A stretch of DNA of 62,412 nt, counting the filler, from Dugesia japonica (Eukaryota), in the NCBI GenBank assembly GCA_001938525.1. It is 4 parts of 4 records of this genome, joined end to end, with 100 filler letters (N's around TTAATTAATTAA, not from the genome) between each part and the next. Parts side by side here need not be neighbours in the genome. Positions count along the whole stretch, not along the records: positions 30,819 to 45,086 come from MQRL01632639.1; positions 45,187 to 62,412 come from MQRL01583440.1; 2 more parts are not named here. One strand, given 5' to 3'. Below are positions 38,020 to 51,178 of the stretch, in pieces; positions within the stretch are counted from its first letter, which is position 1, and each line of letters starts with the position of its first letter. A program made the position numbers and the translations under genes. Below the pieces are notes generated by a model. The model had not been told where the DNA came from. It worked only from the letters and a program-made list of their open reading frames with translations, and did not search any database.

Positions 38020-39830
38020 GGAGCCTTTAATATTATGTATATCATATAACTCTTTTGGGTTTATTGAGGGTATTTAATTGTATATAATAGGTTTATTCTA
38101 TGTACTTAATTACTCTATATGGTTTATTGTATGTATTTAACTGTATCTATTGGGTTTATTATATGTTTTAAATAGTTCAATTGAGTTATTTGTGTGAATA
38201 TAATGTTATCATTCGGTTTATTGTATATATTATATGACTATATTGAGTTTATTGTGTGTGTGTTACTTTATAGGAATTGTCGCATGTATTTAAATGACTT
38301 TATTGGTTGTATTATGTGTATTATATAACTCTATTTGGCTTATAGTGCGGATAAGACCTATTGGTTTCCTATGTATAAGTGTTTATATCATTCATAAGAC
38401 CTATTGGACTTATAGTGTATATAATATTCATTTGTTTAATGTATGTGTAAAAGACTCTATTGTGTATATTGCATGTATTATTTGACTTTATAGGGTTGAT
38501 TGTGTATGTATGATTTTCTTGGGATTTAATGTGTTTATCATATTACTCTATTAGATTTATTGTACGTGTATTAAGCAACTTTATATGATTTATTATATCT
38601 ATTATATGTTTTAATTAGATTTCTTATGTTTTATATGGCTCTGTTGGGTTTATAGTATGCTTTATAAAACACTTTATGATTTAATGTGTAAGACCAATTA
38701 GTTTTCTATGCATAAGATAATATTATGTTATTTATGTGTTTAAGTGACTTTATTAGGATATTTCTATGTATATTATATGACTATATTGAATTCGTTGTAA
38801 GTATTATAAAACTATATTAGGTTTATTGTGTGTATTTATTTATATATATTAGATTTATTCTGTGTATTTAAAAGAATTTATTTGGTTATTTATGGGTATA
38901 ATATGACGAGATTGAGTTAATTGTATGTATTATTTAACTATATGGTATATTGAGTCTATTTAAATGATTTTATTGGGTTAAATATATGTATTATATGACA
39001 TTATTTCGTGTATTATGCGTATTATATGACATTATTTCATCTATTGTGTGAATTATAGGCTAAAGTGTTTGCATTAAATGAATGCATAGAGTATATTATG
39101 TGTGCATTATATCACTATATTGGGTTAATTATGTGTACTTTATGACTTTATAGATCTTAATGCGTGTATTATAGTAACTTGTTGGGTTTATTGTATGAAT
39201 CTAGTGAATTTACATGGTTTACTATGTATAAGACTCAGTTAATTTACTGTGTATGAAGTTCTTTTGGGTTTTTGTTAGACTTCGTTGATATTTGTGTTGT
39301 TTGAAAAAATTATCCATTCAGCTATGTTATGTTTAACAATATTACAGACATATGTACTATGTTTGAGAATATAACATAGACATCTATGTTATGTTAGAAA
39401 ATATAGCATAGGCGTATATGCAATTTATTCAATATTTGTGTTATTTGTCCTATGTTTTACATAGGAATTTGTAAACGATTAGCGTTATATGTTATGTTGG
39501 AAAATATTAAATAGACAAATATACAATTTCAAAACATTTGATCAATAAGATCATATAAAATCATAAAAAAACATAATAATATCATATAAAACCCTATAAT
39601 TCTAATAGAAACTCGGTAAAAAAAACCAATATAAGACCATATAAAATCTTATAATAACCCTATAATAACCATATAAAACTCTATTAAAACCTTATAATTA
39701 CCTCATAATAACTATATAATTACCTTATAAAAAATATATATAATCACCATATAAAACTCTATGAAAGTATAATAAAACATACAAAACACTATGAAACAAT
39801 AAAATTACTTTATAAAAGCCTATGGTTGTG
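38020..39830. repeat. Degenerate ~30-bp satellite (ttgggtttattgtatgtattatatgactcta-like); orientation flips near 39550
   Basis: Recurrent gggtttattg/atatgact/ctatt motifs, then ataaaactctat/accatataaa motifs. Confidence 0.65.
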
Positions 39831-41299
39831 TTTTAATGACTATCTTCAGTGAATTGTAATGGATTATAATAGTAAACAATGAACTAAATTACTCCCTAGA
39901 TGTCTAATAATTTAGTGCTCATTTCAAAGAAATGGACGCATGTTAAAAAAGTAACTTATTAAAATGTGTACATAATTGTATGAAAATTTGATGTATTTTG
40001 ATAAAATTAATACAATAATTACTGAAATTGATTTATGAATTAATTAAGTTTGCTAGTAATTTATTGTAATTAGTATAAATTAATGAAATTTATAAGTAAA
40101 TAATTAGACTTGATGTATTTACCTTAATAAAATGACATGTAAATTGTGCGGATTATGAGAATTTGAGGTATTAAGATGTAGTTTAAAGGAATGTATTGGA
40201 TAAACTTAATGTATTGAGTTCTTTGTGTTTAATTTGTTTATTGACTTTTTAGAGCTTTATTAATGTATTTTATATACATATATATGTGTGTGTGTCTTTA
40301 ATAAAATTATTCTATATTTCAATTAATTTTTTATATATTTTAAAGAAATGGTTATAGAACTATTGGACATAGTGTGTATTTATTGAATTTTATGATTATA
40401 TTAATCAATGTTTGGTAAAGCTTCTTGGTTAACCTGCATCAGTATTACATATTCTTTGTTAAACTTGTAATAAAAATTTCAATTATTCATATGCACACTT
40501 CTCATTAAGTTCTATGTAATTTTTATGTGATGTAATTATTGAATGTATTGTGGATAATTTTATCAAAGGTTATATTTAGTGTATAGGTTTTTATGTATAT
40601 TGATCATTGATTTATCCTACTTCCATATGTATTACACATTAACTTATATTGGTGTAAATCTTTAGAAAGTTTTCTAAGTTTTATTTAAAGCTTACACATA
40701 ACTTAAGAGAATTAGCACGTGACTTGATTATTCTCTTAGGGAGTTGAAACCATAAATATCATTTATTTCAAAATTATTGAAATAACAGACATACACACAC
40801 AAAGATATTAGTTGCATATGAAATGTTTTTGTATTGTTTTACTATTGCATTTGTATTGAACATTGACTTTTACTTTGTGTAAGTCTATTTAAATATATTG
40901 TTTTTATGTCTTAAGAAAATTATTATAGTTTAATAGCTTATTTCATTGGTAACTATATTGAACGCAATCTAGGATTTCTTTGAATTTCAATGATTTATCT
41001 TATAAAATTAATNNNNNNNNNNNNNNNNNNNNNNNNNNNNNNNNNNNNNNNNNNNNNNNNNNNNNNNNNNNAATAATGAAATCCGTGTATATTTCTATGA
41101 AATTGATGTATCACTTAATGAAATTAAAGTATATTGATCTGAAATACTATATATTGTAATATATTTTATTGTAATTTGTAAAGAAAATACTAATATTATA
41201 AACCAAAGATATTAAAAAGAAATTTCAAAGTAAGAATATTTATTAAACTTAAAATTTTAATCTTCTGCGTATTTCAATCAATAACTATAATAAGAAACA

Positions 41300-41837
41300 T
41301 TAACCAATCATTGACAATTAAAGAATCAGGAACCTGTTATATCTTCAAATTTTTTCATATTTAAATTGGATCTGACATTTTTCATTTATGCATTTATCTG
41401 CATTAAATTTGTTTTTTGGAATAATTTTTGAATAATCTTTTGAATGAGAATTTCGATGTTTTGCAAACTATGCTGGAATCTTTGTCGATTTTCCTTTTCT
41501 TGGCGGATGGATAATCAAATGAAGTATATGCATATACTTCATTTATCACAGTTTCTTCTGTATCTGAAATAATTTGATTGTGAAAAAGTAAAATAATTTT
41601 ACCTCTTAAACTAGTGTCATCGAAAAAGCTCGGACTAGGCTCTAGATTTGCCATGTTTTCTAAACATTGAATATTCTGGTGACAAGAATTTTCTTCAGTT
41701 GAACAGAGTTCTTTATTAATATAAACTTGGAGACCGTCCTCATCTTCGGATATATATTCCCATCCATCATCTAGTATCGTTGAAATATTTAATAAATATT
41801 TTAATTAAATTAATAAATATTTAATACCTGAGTCATT
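41300..41837 (-). pseudogene. Acidic N-terminal small gene with NLS-like PSAKKRKID, probably a Polinton accessory gene
   Basis: DDGWEYISEDEDGLQ...MANLEPSPSFF...PSAKKRKIDK; ~1 kb inside the 42888 terminus. Confidence 0.45.
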
Positions 41838-42769
41838 TTCAAAAAATATAATGAAAAAGTATGAATTAAGTACTATATCAAATTCAATAGAAGATACACA
41901 TGCAAGGTTTTTTTAAAAAATACGTGAATTTAATAAATAATTCATTAGTTTCCTTAAAGTATGTATTATTGCATTTCAATGATTTGATTAAATTAATTTA
42001 TGAACTAAATGTATATTTATTGTATTTTATTTATTTATTAATAAAATCTGTATGTATTTATATGTCTAAATGAAATCTTTGATTATTTGAATGAAATTAA
42101 AGTATATTAATAGTAGANNNNNNNNNNNNNNNNNNNNNNNATAATGTATTTATGAAATTGATGCGTGTTTCAAATTGATGCAGTTAAACAAACTAATTAT
42201 TAATTACATTCTAAATTTTAAATTATTAGTGACATATATTGGAATTATTAATTAAAATTTTTTAAATTCATTGTTTGCATACAATGATAACGTTTCAAAT
42301 TCATTTTTAAGAAAAAATATTTTACAAAAGGATCAAATTGTAATCAAAGATGAAATATTACTAGAAGATAACATAACCGTTTTTGGTAATACATTTTGAT
42401 TATTAATATTTTAGTTATTACTTATTTCTTTTAAGATGATATCAAACTAGTACTGGAAGAGATAATTCCAGAGTTTGAAGAGAAATCGAAATCATGGAAA
42501 CAGAATTAGTATTTAAAAAACAAAAATGTTTTCCAGTTGTATATTCTCGATAAAGAGGATAGATAATTGATCTTTTACAATTTTTACAATTTTAATGATG
42601 AATTCATGTAAGTTGGATCAGTTATATCATAAGGGAGAAAATTATTTTGGAAAGATTTCCATGATTGTGTATGTGGTTTTAAATTATAGTTTGTTATTAA
42701 ATTAATGTTAGTTTAAATAGTATTTATCTTTATTATTGTATTTATTAATTCAAAAAAAAATTTCTTGTC

Positions 42770-42888
42770 GGGGGGGGGTGAGTCATGATCTATGAAAACG
42801 ATGAATCATGATCTATAAAATCATTGTCTTTGTTTTAAATGTTCTTTGTCTAAGGGGGGTTGATCTCGTGCGCTACTATCTACATACT
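42770..42888. mobile_element. Polinton-like terminus, family of arm D
   Basis: Ends gtgcgctactatctacatACT; contains TGAGTCA and gacaaagaac/acaaagacaatga blocks shared with 28437-28530. Confidence 0.65.
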
Positions 42889-45086
42889 CTCATTTATAAA
42901 ATCAAACGGTATCGCTAGCTCAAATAGTCGACGCTTATACTAGTTTTGGTACATTCGATATCAGAATTTAAGCTCTCTCCTCGTAAGTACATCAATGTGC
43001 AAGTGTCGTTAAAGCCTGGATTATAGTTTGTTAGAGATAACCGTAATATGAGTGTACATCACCTTGATTTAGTGTTTATATATGTTAGTCCTTTAAACTT
43101 CTCTGAGAGGTCTCTGACTTATTAATTTTTTGGCTTCTCAGGCATTACATATTCAAGAGTATTTGTATTCAGCTATACATTACTCTTATATTGGAAGGTG
43201 AAAATCATTAAAAGAACCTCGTCCTTTTATCTCATTACTTAGACAACATATCTACGCTATCCAACTGAATCATTTGGTTTATTGTTGGTGTTTCTCTGGC
43301 TTATGTTAGGCTTATACAACATGCACTGCAAAACAATTATTAATCAGTCTCCAGCAATCACTCCAATGAACCCACCAAACATACACCAATTACAATAACA
43401 ATGGCAAGAAATAACATCCTTCAACAAACTTGTAGCACAAAACAACCACAAATATCAATTTAAAAAAGACTAACATCAACAAAACAACAAACTCTCAATA
43501 ATCATGATCCCAACAATGAACAATCAGAGCAAATAATCATTCATTCTCAGATTAAATCAAACAATCCAAAACAAACTACTAATTATAACAAACAAATCTC
43601 CAGATTATATCAAACAGTCAAAAGAACCAATTTCTATTAACCTTGTATCCTGTACAAAGATACCAATATTTTGTGTTTGACAATATTATTATAAACCTTT
43701 TTGAATTATGTGATTACAGTTATACAATTTGTGTAGTCATTTTAATTATGNNNNNNNNNNNNNNNNNNNNNNNNNNNNNNNNNNNNNNNNNNNNNNNNNN
43801 NNNNNNNNNNNNNNNNNNNNNNNNNNNNNNNNNNNNNNNNNNNNNNTAAGACATTAAAACAAATAGTAATAATATAAATTTTATTTATTTTAAAATCTTG
43901 TAAATATTTTTATAAAAATTTTATAAATCAAAAATGTAATTTAAAAACTTATTTATATTATGATTTTATTTCATTTAAAAAATTAAATATTTTCAAAATT
44001 ACGAAAATAAACTAAGGAGTAGATCAAAAAGTTTCAATAATTTTTTGTTAAAGTAAAAAAAACTTTTTTAAAAACGTTTTTTATTTTTTCCAAATTTTTG
44101 ATTTTATCTTCTTCAGGATTTGTCATTTTTATTTTCAATTTCATTTGTTAAAAAATTTCAAAAAAAAAACATACTATATTTATTTTCTCAAAAATTAAAT
44201 ATTTCTTGAATGAAATAATTGATTTTGTCAATTTCAGTTTAGAAAAATATTTCATTTTTATTTTTTAGAAATTTTAATGTTTACGTTGCGGTATTTTAAC
44301 ATAGTATAAATACCAACACGAATTTCAGTTTATTTGCTTTTTCATTCTAATCGATTTGATCGTATCGCCTGAAACAGCTATAACTGAATAATCTGTCATT
44401 GTGAGTTGTCTATTCTTTTATTTGAATTAATTATTGAATTTTAACTTGCTATCATAATATATTTTATTAGGTGAATTTTACTTTTATTTAATATAAGAAA
44501 ATTGTATCAGTTATTTACAACTGTATATTCTATAAAATCAACAAAATAAAAATATTTCTGATCCGATAAGGAAAGGTTATATTAACAGCGAAGTCATTAT
44601 TACTATAATAATTAACCTAGCTTCATATTAAGTTTATTGTCATAGCGACGGTCTATTTAATCATTTGTTAGAGGATTTAATCTGCTGATTGGAAGCCCGA
44701 GCACTTAAATTAATGAAAATTGAGATGTTTATTGCGGCCATATTAACATGTATTGTTCAATGATTAAATATACTTTAAAATAATTACCCAATTAACTAAC
44801 TGACACTGAAACTTTTCAGTTAAACAAAATATTTTAAGCTTATAAATTTTATTAAGCTTATAAATTTTAAGCTTAAAAATCTTAAGCCTAAACTTAATTT
44901 ATAGGCCTAAAATTATCTAGTAATCTTGGAATTCCCTATGACTGACACACAATTCACTCACTGACTTAATCAGGCGTGTGGACATTTAGGTTGATATATT
45001 TAAGATAAACTAGGTATTCACTCATTGACTCACTCTAGCGTTGAAGTACAGATAATAATTTGTATAAGTGTGTTGGAATTAGCAAA

Positions 45087-45186
45087 NNNNNNNNNNNNNN
45101 NNNNNNNNNNNNNNNNNNNNNNNNNNNNNNTTAATTAATTAANNNNNNNNNNNNNNNNNNNNNNNNNNNNNNNNNNNNNNNNNNNN
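45087..45186. other. Artificial assembly spacer
   Basis: 44 N + TTAATTAATTAA + 44 N. Confidence 0.95.
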
Positions 45187-45659
45187 ATCCTTAAAACCAT
45201 TGAAAATTCTAGAAACCTTTATATTTAACCTCTTTGTCTAACTTGTATTCATATTGCATTTATATTGCACAAGTATGACTCATGCTCTTTATGTACTTGC
45301 ATTCGTGTTGCATTTTCCTTGTTTTCAGTGCATATATTTATATATAACTATGAGCCTATTTTAGTTAATGGTATTAATTTCCTCCCCAGGAAATATTTAA
45401 ANNNNNNNNNNNNNNNNNNNNNNNNNNNNNNNNNNNNNNNNNNNNNNNNNNNNNNNNNNNNNNNNNNNNNNNNNNNNNNNNNNNNNNNNNNNNNNNNNNN
45501 NNNNNNNNNNNNNNNNNNNNNNNNNNNNNNNNNNNNNNNNGTATTTTCTTTTTCAGCTTTACTTAACTGTTATAAACTGAAATACCCAATTATGGTTACA
45601 TTTTTTGATCATGGTCTAAAGAATAAATTACATTAGTAATACTGAAATTTGTTGCTAAA

Positions 45660-46767
45660 TTTTAACAGGATCAAACAATCGATAGCAAAACGGATGAAAA
45701 AGAAGAAAATTACATTTGGAATATTCATGCGAAATTCGAAAGAAAAATTAAAAAAGAGAGCGATTGACAAAAGCCTTAAATATTTTGAAGATTAAAGAGG
45801 ATCAACGGTTATTGAAAATAATTCGAAGTAAAGAAGATACTTTTATGGCATATAAATTGGATGCAGGATGCACAGGACAAGACACGAAATAATCACAAGT
45901 AATGAACCAATCAATCTAAAACCGTACAAACAACCAATGAATTTAGACTCTAAAATTGAAGGAGCTATCCAAAACCTTTTCGAGAATAATATTATCCGGA
46001 AATGCAACTCTCCATGGAATACCCCATTGATCTGTGTTTGGAAAAAGAAAAAGAAGAACAAAAGAATATGTTTGGATTTCAGACAATTGAATGCAGTAAC
46101 GAAAAGACAAGCCTTTCCAATACCTAATGTCGATAAAATGCTGGACAAGTTAAATGGAGCCAAATATTTCAGTTCAATAGATTTGGGAAACGCATACTAT
46201 CAGGTAGAGCTCGAAGAAGAATCTCAAGAAAAAACGGCGTTTTCAACGAAGCATGGCCAATATTGTTTTAATAGAATGTCATTTGGAATCGCAGCAGCAC
46301 CAGGTACATTTCAGGAGATGATGACAAAAGTGGTTGGCGGAATCAGTGGAGCCATGGTTTATCTTGATGATATTCTGATATTTACGAACAATAAAGATCA
46401 ATACTATGAAGTCATTGAAAAAGTATTGATGAAAATAATGAAGGTTGGTCTAAGAATTAATCCAGAGAAGTGTGAGTTTCTTCAAAGCGAAATCAAGTTT
46501 CTTGGANNNNNNNNNNNNNNNNNNNNNNNNNNNNNNNNNNNNNNNNNNNNNNNNNNNNNNNNNNNNNNNNNNNNNNNNNNNNNNNNNNNNNNNNNNNNAA
46601 GTTTCTTGGGAATTTGTAATTATTACAGGAAGTTTATAAAAAACTACGCAAGAAAGTCAAAGATATTAGAGCAGTTGTGTAGCGGATCAAGCCACAAGAA
46701 ATTAGAATGGACAGATGAAATAAACGATACTTTTGAGGGATATGAGAAAATAATTATTAATAAATAA
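45660..46767 (+). mobile_element. Gypsy element 3, RT fragment (related to element 1)
   Basis: SPWNTPL, RICLDFRQLN, IDLGNAYYQV, YLDD, FLGICNYYRKFI. Confidence 0.95.
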
Positions 46768-47184
46768 TTTCACCCAATAGGAATTGGGATATCTAAATAT
46801 TAATATTTAAATACTTGTATTTCATAATTATCATAAAATTGTTCTTCCAAAATATCTTTAACAATTTCTAGAAATCAATTAGTTTATTAATTAAAGTAAT
46901 TAAAAAAAATAAGCTTTTACTCTATCGATTTCATGAACATGATATTTATCTTTTATAGGTATCGTATATATACCGCATTCATTATGTTCTTAAAATATAT
47001 CATCATCACTAAAAACTGTATCCATATCTTTGTATTCAATAGTGTAACTCATAATTATCAATTTAATTTATGATCATTTTATTTATATATTTCTATAATT
47101 TAAATTTGTATGAGTCATCTTCTTTGTTCACATTTTGCCCTGTTCATGCTTCATGCATCTATTGATCTTGTCTTCTGCATTGAT

Positions 47185-47595
47185 TTAGTTTTTCATAATT
47201 AAATTATGCAAATCAGATATCATAACATCGACTTGAGGTTGTTTTCGATTTTAGACTGGATTGAATTTTATAAGTCGTAACCCAGGAAATAATTTAGATT
47301 CATACATGCATTTAGTTCTTCTCGCTAAATCATATAAATTGATTGAATATCTCAAATTTATAGCGACTGTAATCGACTGTAGTTGAATATCTTCGATATC
47401 ATATTGTAAATGTTTTCTTTTCAAGGGTCTTTCACATCCCATGATTCTAAATCTTCCGGATTTGAAGAATACTAAAGTATATTTTCCAGTTTTGTTGAAA
47501 ACATGCGATTGTCTGCCAACTGGAAAATTTATTTGTCTTGTAACCTCTTGTGAAACTTTGCCTCTGTAATTAATATTTGTAATTATAATTATGTC
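47185..47595 (-). pseudogene. TBP-like gene (copy 1; last beta-hairpin deleted, no clear ATG)
   Basis: ITNINYRG...YTLVFFKSGRFRIMGC...IQLQSITVAINLRYSINLYDLA...MYESKLFPGLRLIKFNPV; cf. TBP LIFSSGKMVCTGA, IQNMVGSCDVKFPIRLEGL, YEPELFPGL. Confidence 0.85.
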
Positions 47596-47668
47596 AATAA
47601 ATTTTTAAAAAGTTAATATATACATATACATAAACAATAATTTAATTGATACAATAAAACAAACAATA

Positions 47669-48284
47669 ATGGAATTAAGAAATGATGCTGTTTATCAAAT
47701 TGTCGGCCCAAGTAGAAGTGGAAAAACTCTTTTTGTGTGTAAATTATTCAAATCAAAATTATTCAAATCAAAATTCAACAAAATATATTGGCATATAGGA
47801 GCTGATGAGGAATATGTATTAACTCAATCCGAATTCTGTGATATAAAATAAAAATTATAAACGATTTTGATGAGAATTGAAGCAAGAGATTAACTAAAGG
47901 TGATGTGATTGTTGTTGATGATTTATACCAGGAAGCAAACAAGGAAAAGAACGTTAACAATTTATTCACCAAGATATCAAGACATTGTGATGTGACTGTA
48001 TTATTTATTACTCAGAATCTATTCCATCAAGGAGGTGGACATAGAACTCGCAATTTAAATGTACAATACTTGGTTCTATTTAAAACTTCAAGAGATTAAA
48101 GAGTTGTTGATTTTCTTGACAAGTATATCCAAACAATAGACAATTTCTTTTGGACTCTTTCAAAGATGCTACAGTAAATCCGAAGGGATATCTTTTTATA
48201 GACTTTACACAACGATTTCCAGATGAACTTAGAGTGAGAACTGATATTTTTAATCCAATCGGTGTTACCGTATATAAACAATAA
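47669..48284 (+). pseudogene. FtsK/A32-like packaging ATPase
   Basis: Walker A GPSRSGKT, Walker B IVVDD, LFTKISRH, FITQNLF, GYLFIDF, LRVRTDIF. Confidence 0.93.
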
Positions 48285-48308
48285 ACGTAATTTCTTATTT
48301 TATTACAA

Positions 48309-48536
48309 ATGGCGAAATTTACTAAAGTTATAGTTGATCAACTCAAGAATAAAATGATTAAACACGATAAAAATCCAAAAGATATTAAAACAATAAAAAC
48401 GACAACAAAGAAGTCGTCAGAGATTGTTATTAAAAAGAAGTCAACATAGAAGAAACAATCAAAAAACCAGTTGAACAAGTTCAAAAAATTATCAAAAAGC
48501 TTTGGAAAGAAACTAACAGATGCAAATGGAAAATAG
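48309..48536 (+). pseudogene. Lys-rich small Polinton protein
   Basis: Homologue of 21760-22003 in the same position after the ATPase. Confidence 0.65.
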
Positions 48537-48581
48537 ATTAAGTTATAAACAAATATCTAAGTTTTATATTTAATAAAAATT

Positions 48582-48780
48582 ATGAAATTTCAACAAAGTC
48601 TTCGGTATTTTAATATATTACTCAAGGCTTCTAAAGAGTCTAGAGCAAAGATGATGCAATCATTTCCATCATTCGTTGTTGATTATTTACTAGGGATTAT
48701 TGTAAACATAGTGCGTGGTTATGTAGTTATAAGCAAAGTTAGAAAATAAGCATTGGAAAAACATATTAAGTCATTGCATA
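48582..48780 (+). pseudogene. Small conserved Polinton basic protein, 3' truncated
   Basis: MKFQQSLRYFNILLKASKESRAKMMQSFPSFVVDYLLGIIVNIVRG; homologue of 21406-21728. Confidence 0.65.
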
Positions 48781-48789
48781 CCGACTACA

Positions 48790-51178
48790 AGCGAGAAATT
48801 TTTATTTTTGATTTCACACTATGGAGACGTAAACATAAAGTTTATCGATTCATATCAGTTTATTAATAGTTCATTAGATGCGGCTGTTAAAACAATTCAA
48901 TCAATTCCATTAAAATCTAAGTAGTTTAATGACAACAGAATCATCAAATCAAAAGGAATTTTNNCATATGATCTTGCTACAAGCCTGACAGTGTTGGAAG
49001 AAACTGAATGTATGCCACCAATATGGAATGGTGTCAACGAAGAATCGTATCAGAAGGCTCTGGAAATGTAGACTATTACTGGATGCAAGAATTTACTGGA
49101 TTACATGAAGATTTATCTAAAACTAGATGTATTCCTGCTAGCCAACTTTTTTCAACAATTTCGAACCAAGTTGCTAGCACACAACGGACTGAAACCATTA
49201 ACATTCTTTGGAATTCAAGGCATGAGCTTAACATCAGCATTGAGGACCCTAAAGGATCCCATCGAATTGCTTACANACAATGATATGTTCACATTTTTCG
49301 AGGGAGGAATCAGAGGTGGACTTACATTTGTCAACAAACATTATGTGATATTGGACGAAGACACTGAGCTTTTGTACATCAATATAAATAACTTATATGG
49401 ATGGGCATTAAGCCAGAAATGACGATATATGGATTTTCAATGGATACATACAGGATTAGAGCAAATATTGGAAGAGTGTAGAACATCGGATTTAGAATCA
49501 TTACCATATGGTTACACAGTAGAAGTTGACATTGAAATACCGGACGAGTTACACTATTATTTAAGCGATTTACCTGTTGGAGCCGAACATCAGAGCCCAC
49601 CTGGAAGTAAGGTAAAGAAGATGTTATTAACACATATTACCAAACTGAATTATGTTGTACATTGGCGATTATTACAACTGTACATGTAACTAGGTGTTAG
49701 GATTGCTAAAATACATAGAGGTGTAAATTTCATACATATATATTATATTTTCAAGAAGTATATAGATGAAAATACTGATCTAAGATCTAAACGTTTACAT
49801 CAGATCTAGATAAGAATTATTATAAGCTTTTAAACAACAGCTTGTATAGAAAAAAATATTAGAAAATCTAAAGAAAAGGATGAATCTCGGCTTGTGCAAT
49901 TCATCCAAAAAGCTTATTACATACGCTTTGAAGCCAAGCTTTAGGAAAACAATTAATATATTAGGTTGGAACATAAGTTCGTAGCGTTTTTAAACAGAAG
50001 TCATTTAACATTAAAAATAGAACAATATTTTGAATAAATATATATACATATATATATTTTCTGAAAGCTCTTGTTTGAACACATCAATTAAAAGTAAAAT
50101 TGATTTGATTTTATTAAAATTAAAATTATTTAATACTAATTTCAGATGAAAGATAAAACAATGCATTTCAGGCATATTATGTTATTTTATTATAAGAAAG
50201 GTAAAAATGCTTCGGAAACAAACAAAACAATTTGTTCCGTCTACGTAGATCATTCTGTAGCCGAAAGCATAGTCCGTAAGTGGTTTTCGCGGTTCAAAAT
50301 TAAAAGTTTTGGGTTAGAAGATAGAGATCGTTGTGGTAGGCCTTCTATTGTTGATGATGACCCAATCAAATCAATAATTGAAAATGATCCACATGAAACN
50401 ACAAGATCCATTCCAGAGAAACTACAATAATCTCATATGAGTGTCGGAAGACATTTGAAGAAACTGGGATGCATTAATCGTTATGATGTTTGGATACCTC
50501 ATAATTTGAATAGATAAGGATTTTTTTGCGGTATTGTTGAATATGGATAAAGTTTGTCTCAATTATCCTAGCTATAATGGTCAAACAGTGTTGGACTTGA
50601 GTAAGTTAAGAATTTATCAGTTCCAATACACCTAGCTTGAGAAATATAGGACAGATGAAAAATTTATCATAAATATAGTGGGAAGAGATACCGACCGCTA
50701 TTTCCTGGAGGTTAAAGGTATTAGATTGGAAAGATTGTTAAAACTGATGGTTCAGGATGAGTTGTTGGACACTTCAAATTATGATACAGAACATCCGCTT
50801 TACAACAACAACCTAAATTCAGTAGTAAGGAAATTCAAAAACAAAAGCAAGGGTGAGAGATACAAGGAATGGGGTTTTCTGAGACCGAAATTTTATAGTC
50901 GCCTTAGCGAAAAGACCAGCACGATGGCTAAGAGGATAACATTAAAGGATACCAACTTAACACACCAGTTGTATCTGGATTGTTACAATAACAATCAATC
51001 TGTATCAGTAGAACAATTTAGGATAGGTACAATAAACAACCAATTGTTTAGTTTTAAGAGATCAAAAATAGCATTAACCAACAATGATGAAAAGAGAGTA
51101 TGGACATACGAAAACACAAGTGTTCCATACGGGCATTGTAGTTTGACCGCAATAAATAAGACTTTGTATCAGCAATAG
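48790..51178 (+). pseudogene. Protein-primed family B DNA polymerase, 5' truncated, split by mariner
   Basis: KFIDSYQF, YLKLDVFLLA, GIRGG, NNLYGWALSQ, YKLLNNSLY, RDTD, FLRPKFYS. Confidence 0.93.
49961..50510 (+). mobile_element. Mariner 5' half (TIR + HTH) inserted at TA in pPolB
   Basis: TA|TTAGGTTGGAACATAAG; HFRHIMLFYYKKGKNASE, VRKWFSRF, WIPHNL; PolB resumes in register (KTINI|DKDFFAV). Confidence 0.9.

Noticed and set aside
42908-42965. tRNA or tRNA-derived SINE
   Set aside because: Weak A/B-box resemblance; no cloverleaf could be folded
43140-43230. Penelope GIY-YIG remnant
   Set aside because: Only a YIG tripeptide in a broken frame
43643-45636. ORFs 43643-43849 and 45265-45636
   Set aside because: Length comes from N runs
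47185-47595. Host TBP/TRF gene
   Set aside because: Far too divergent for cellular TBP, intronless, two copies, embedded among Polinton genes
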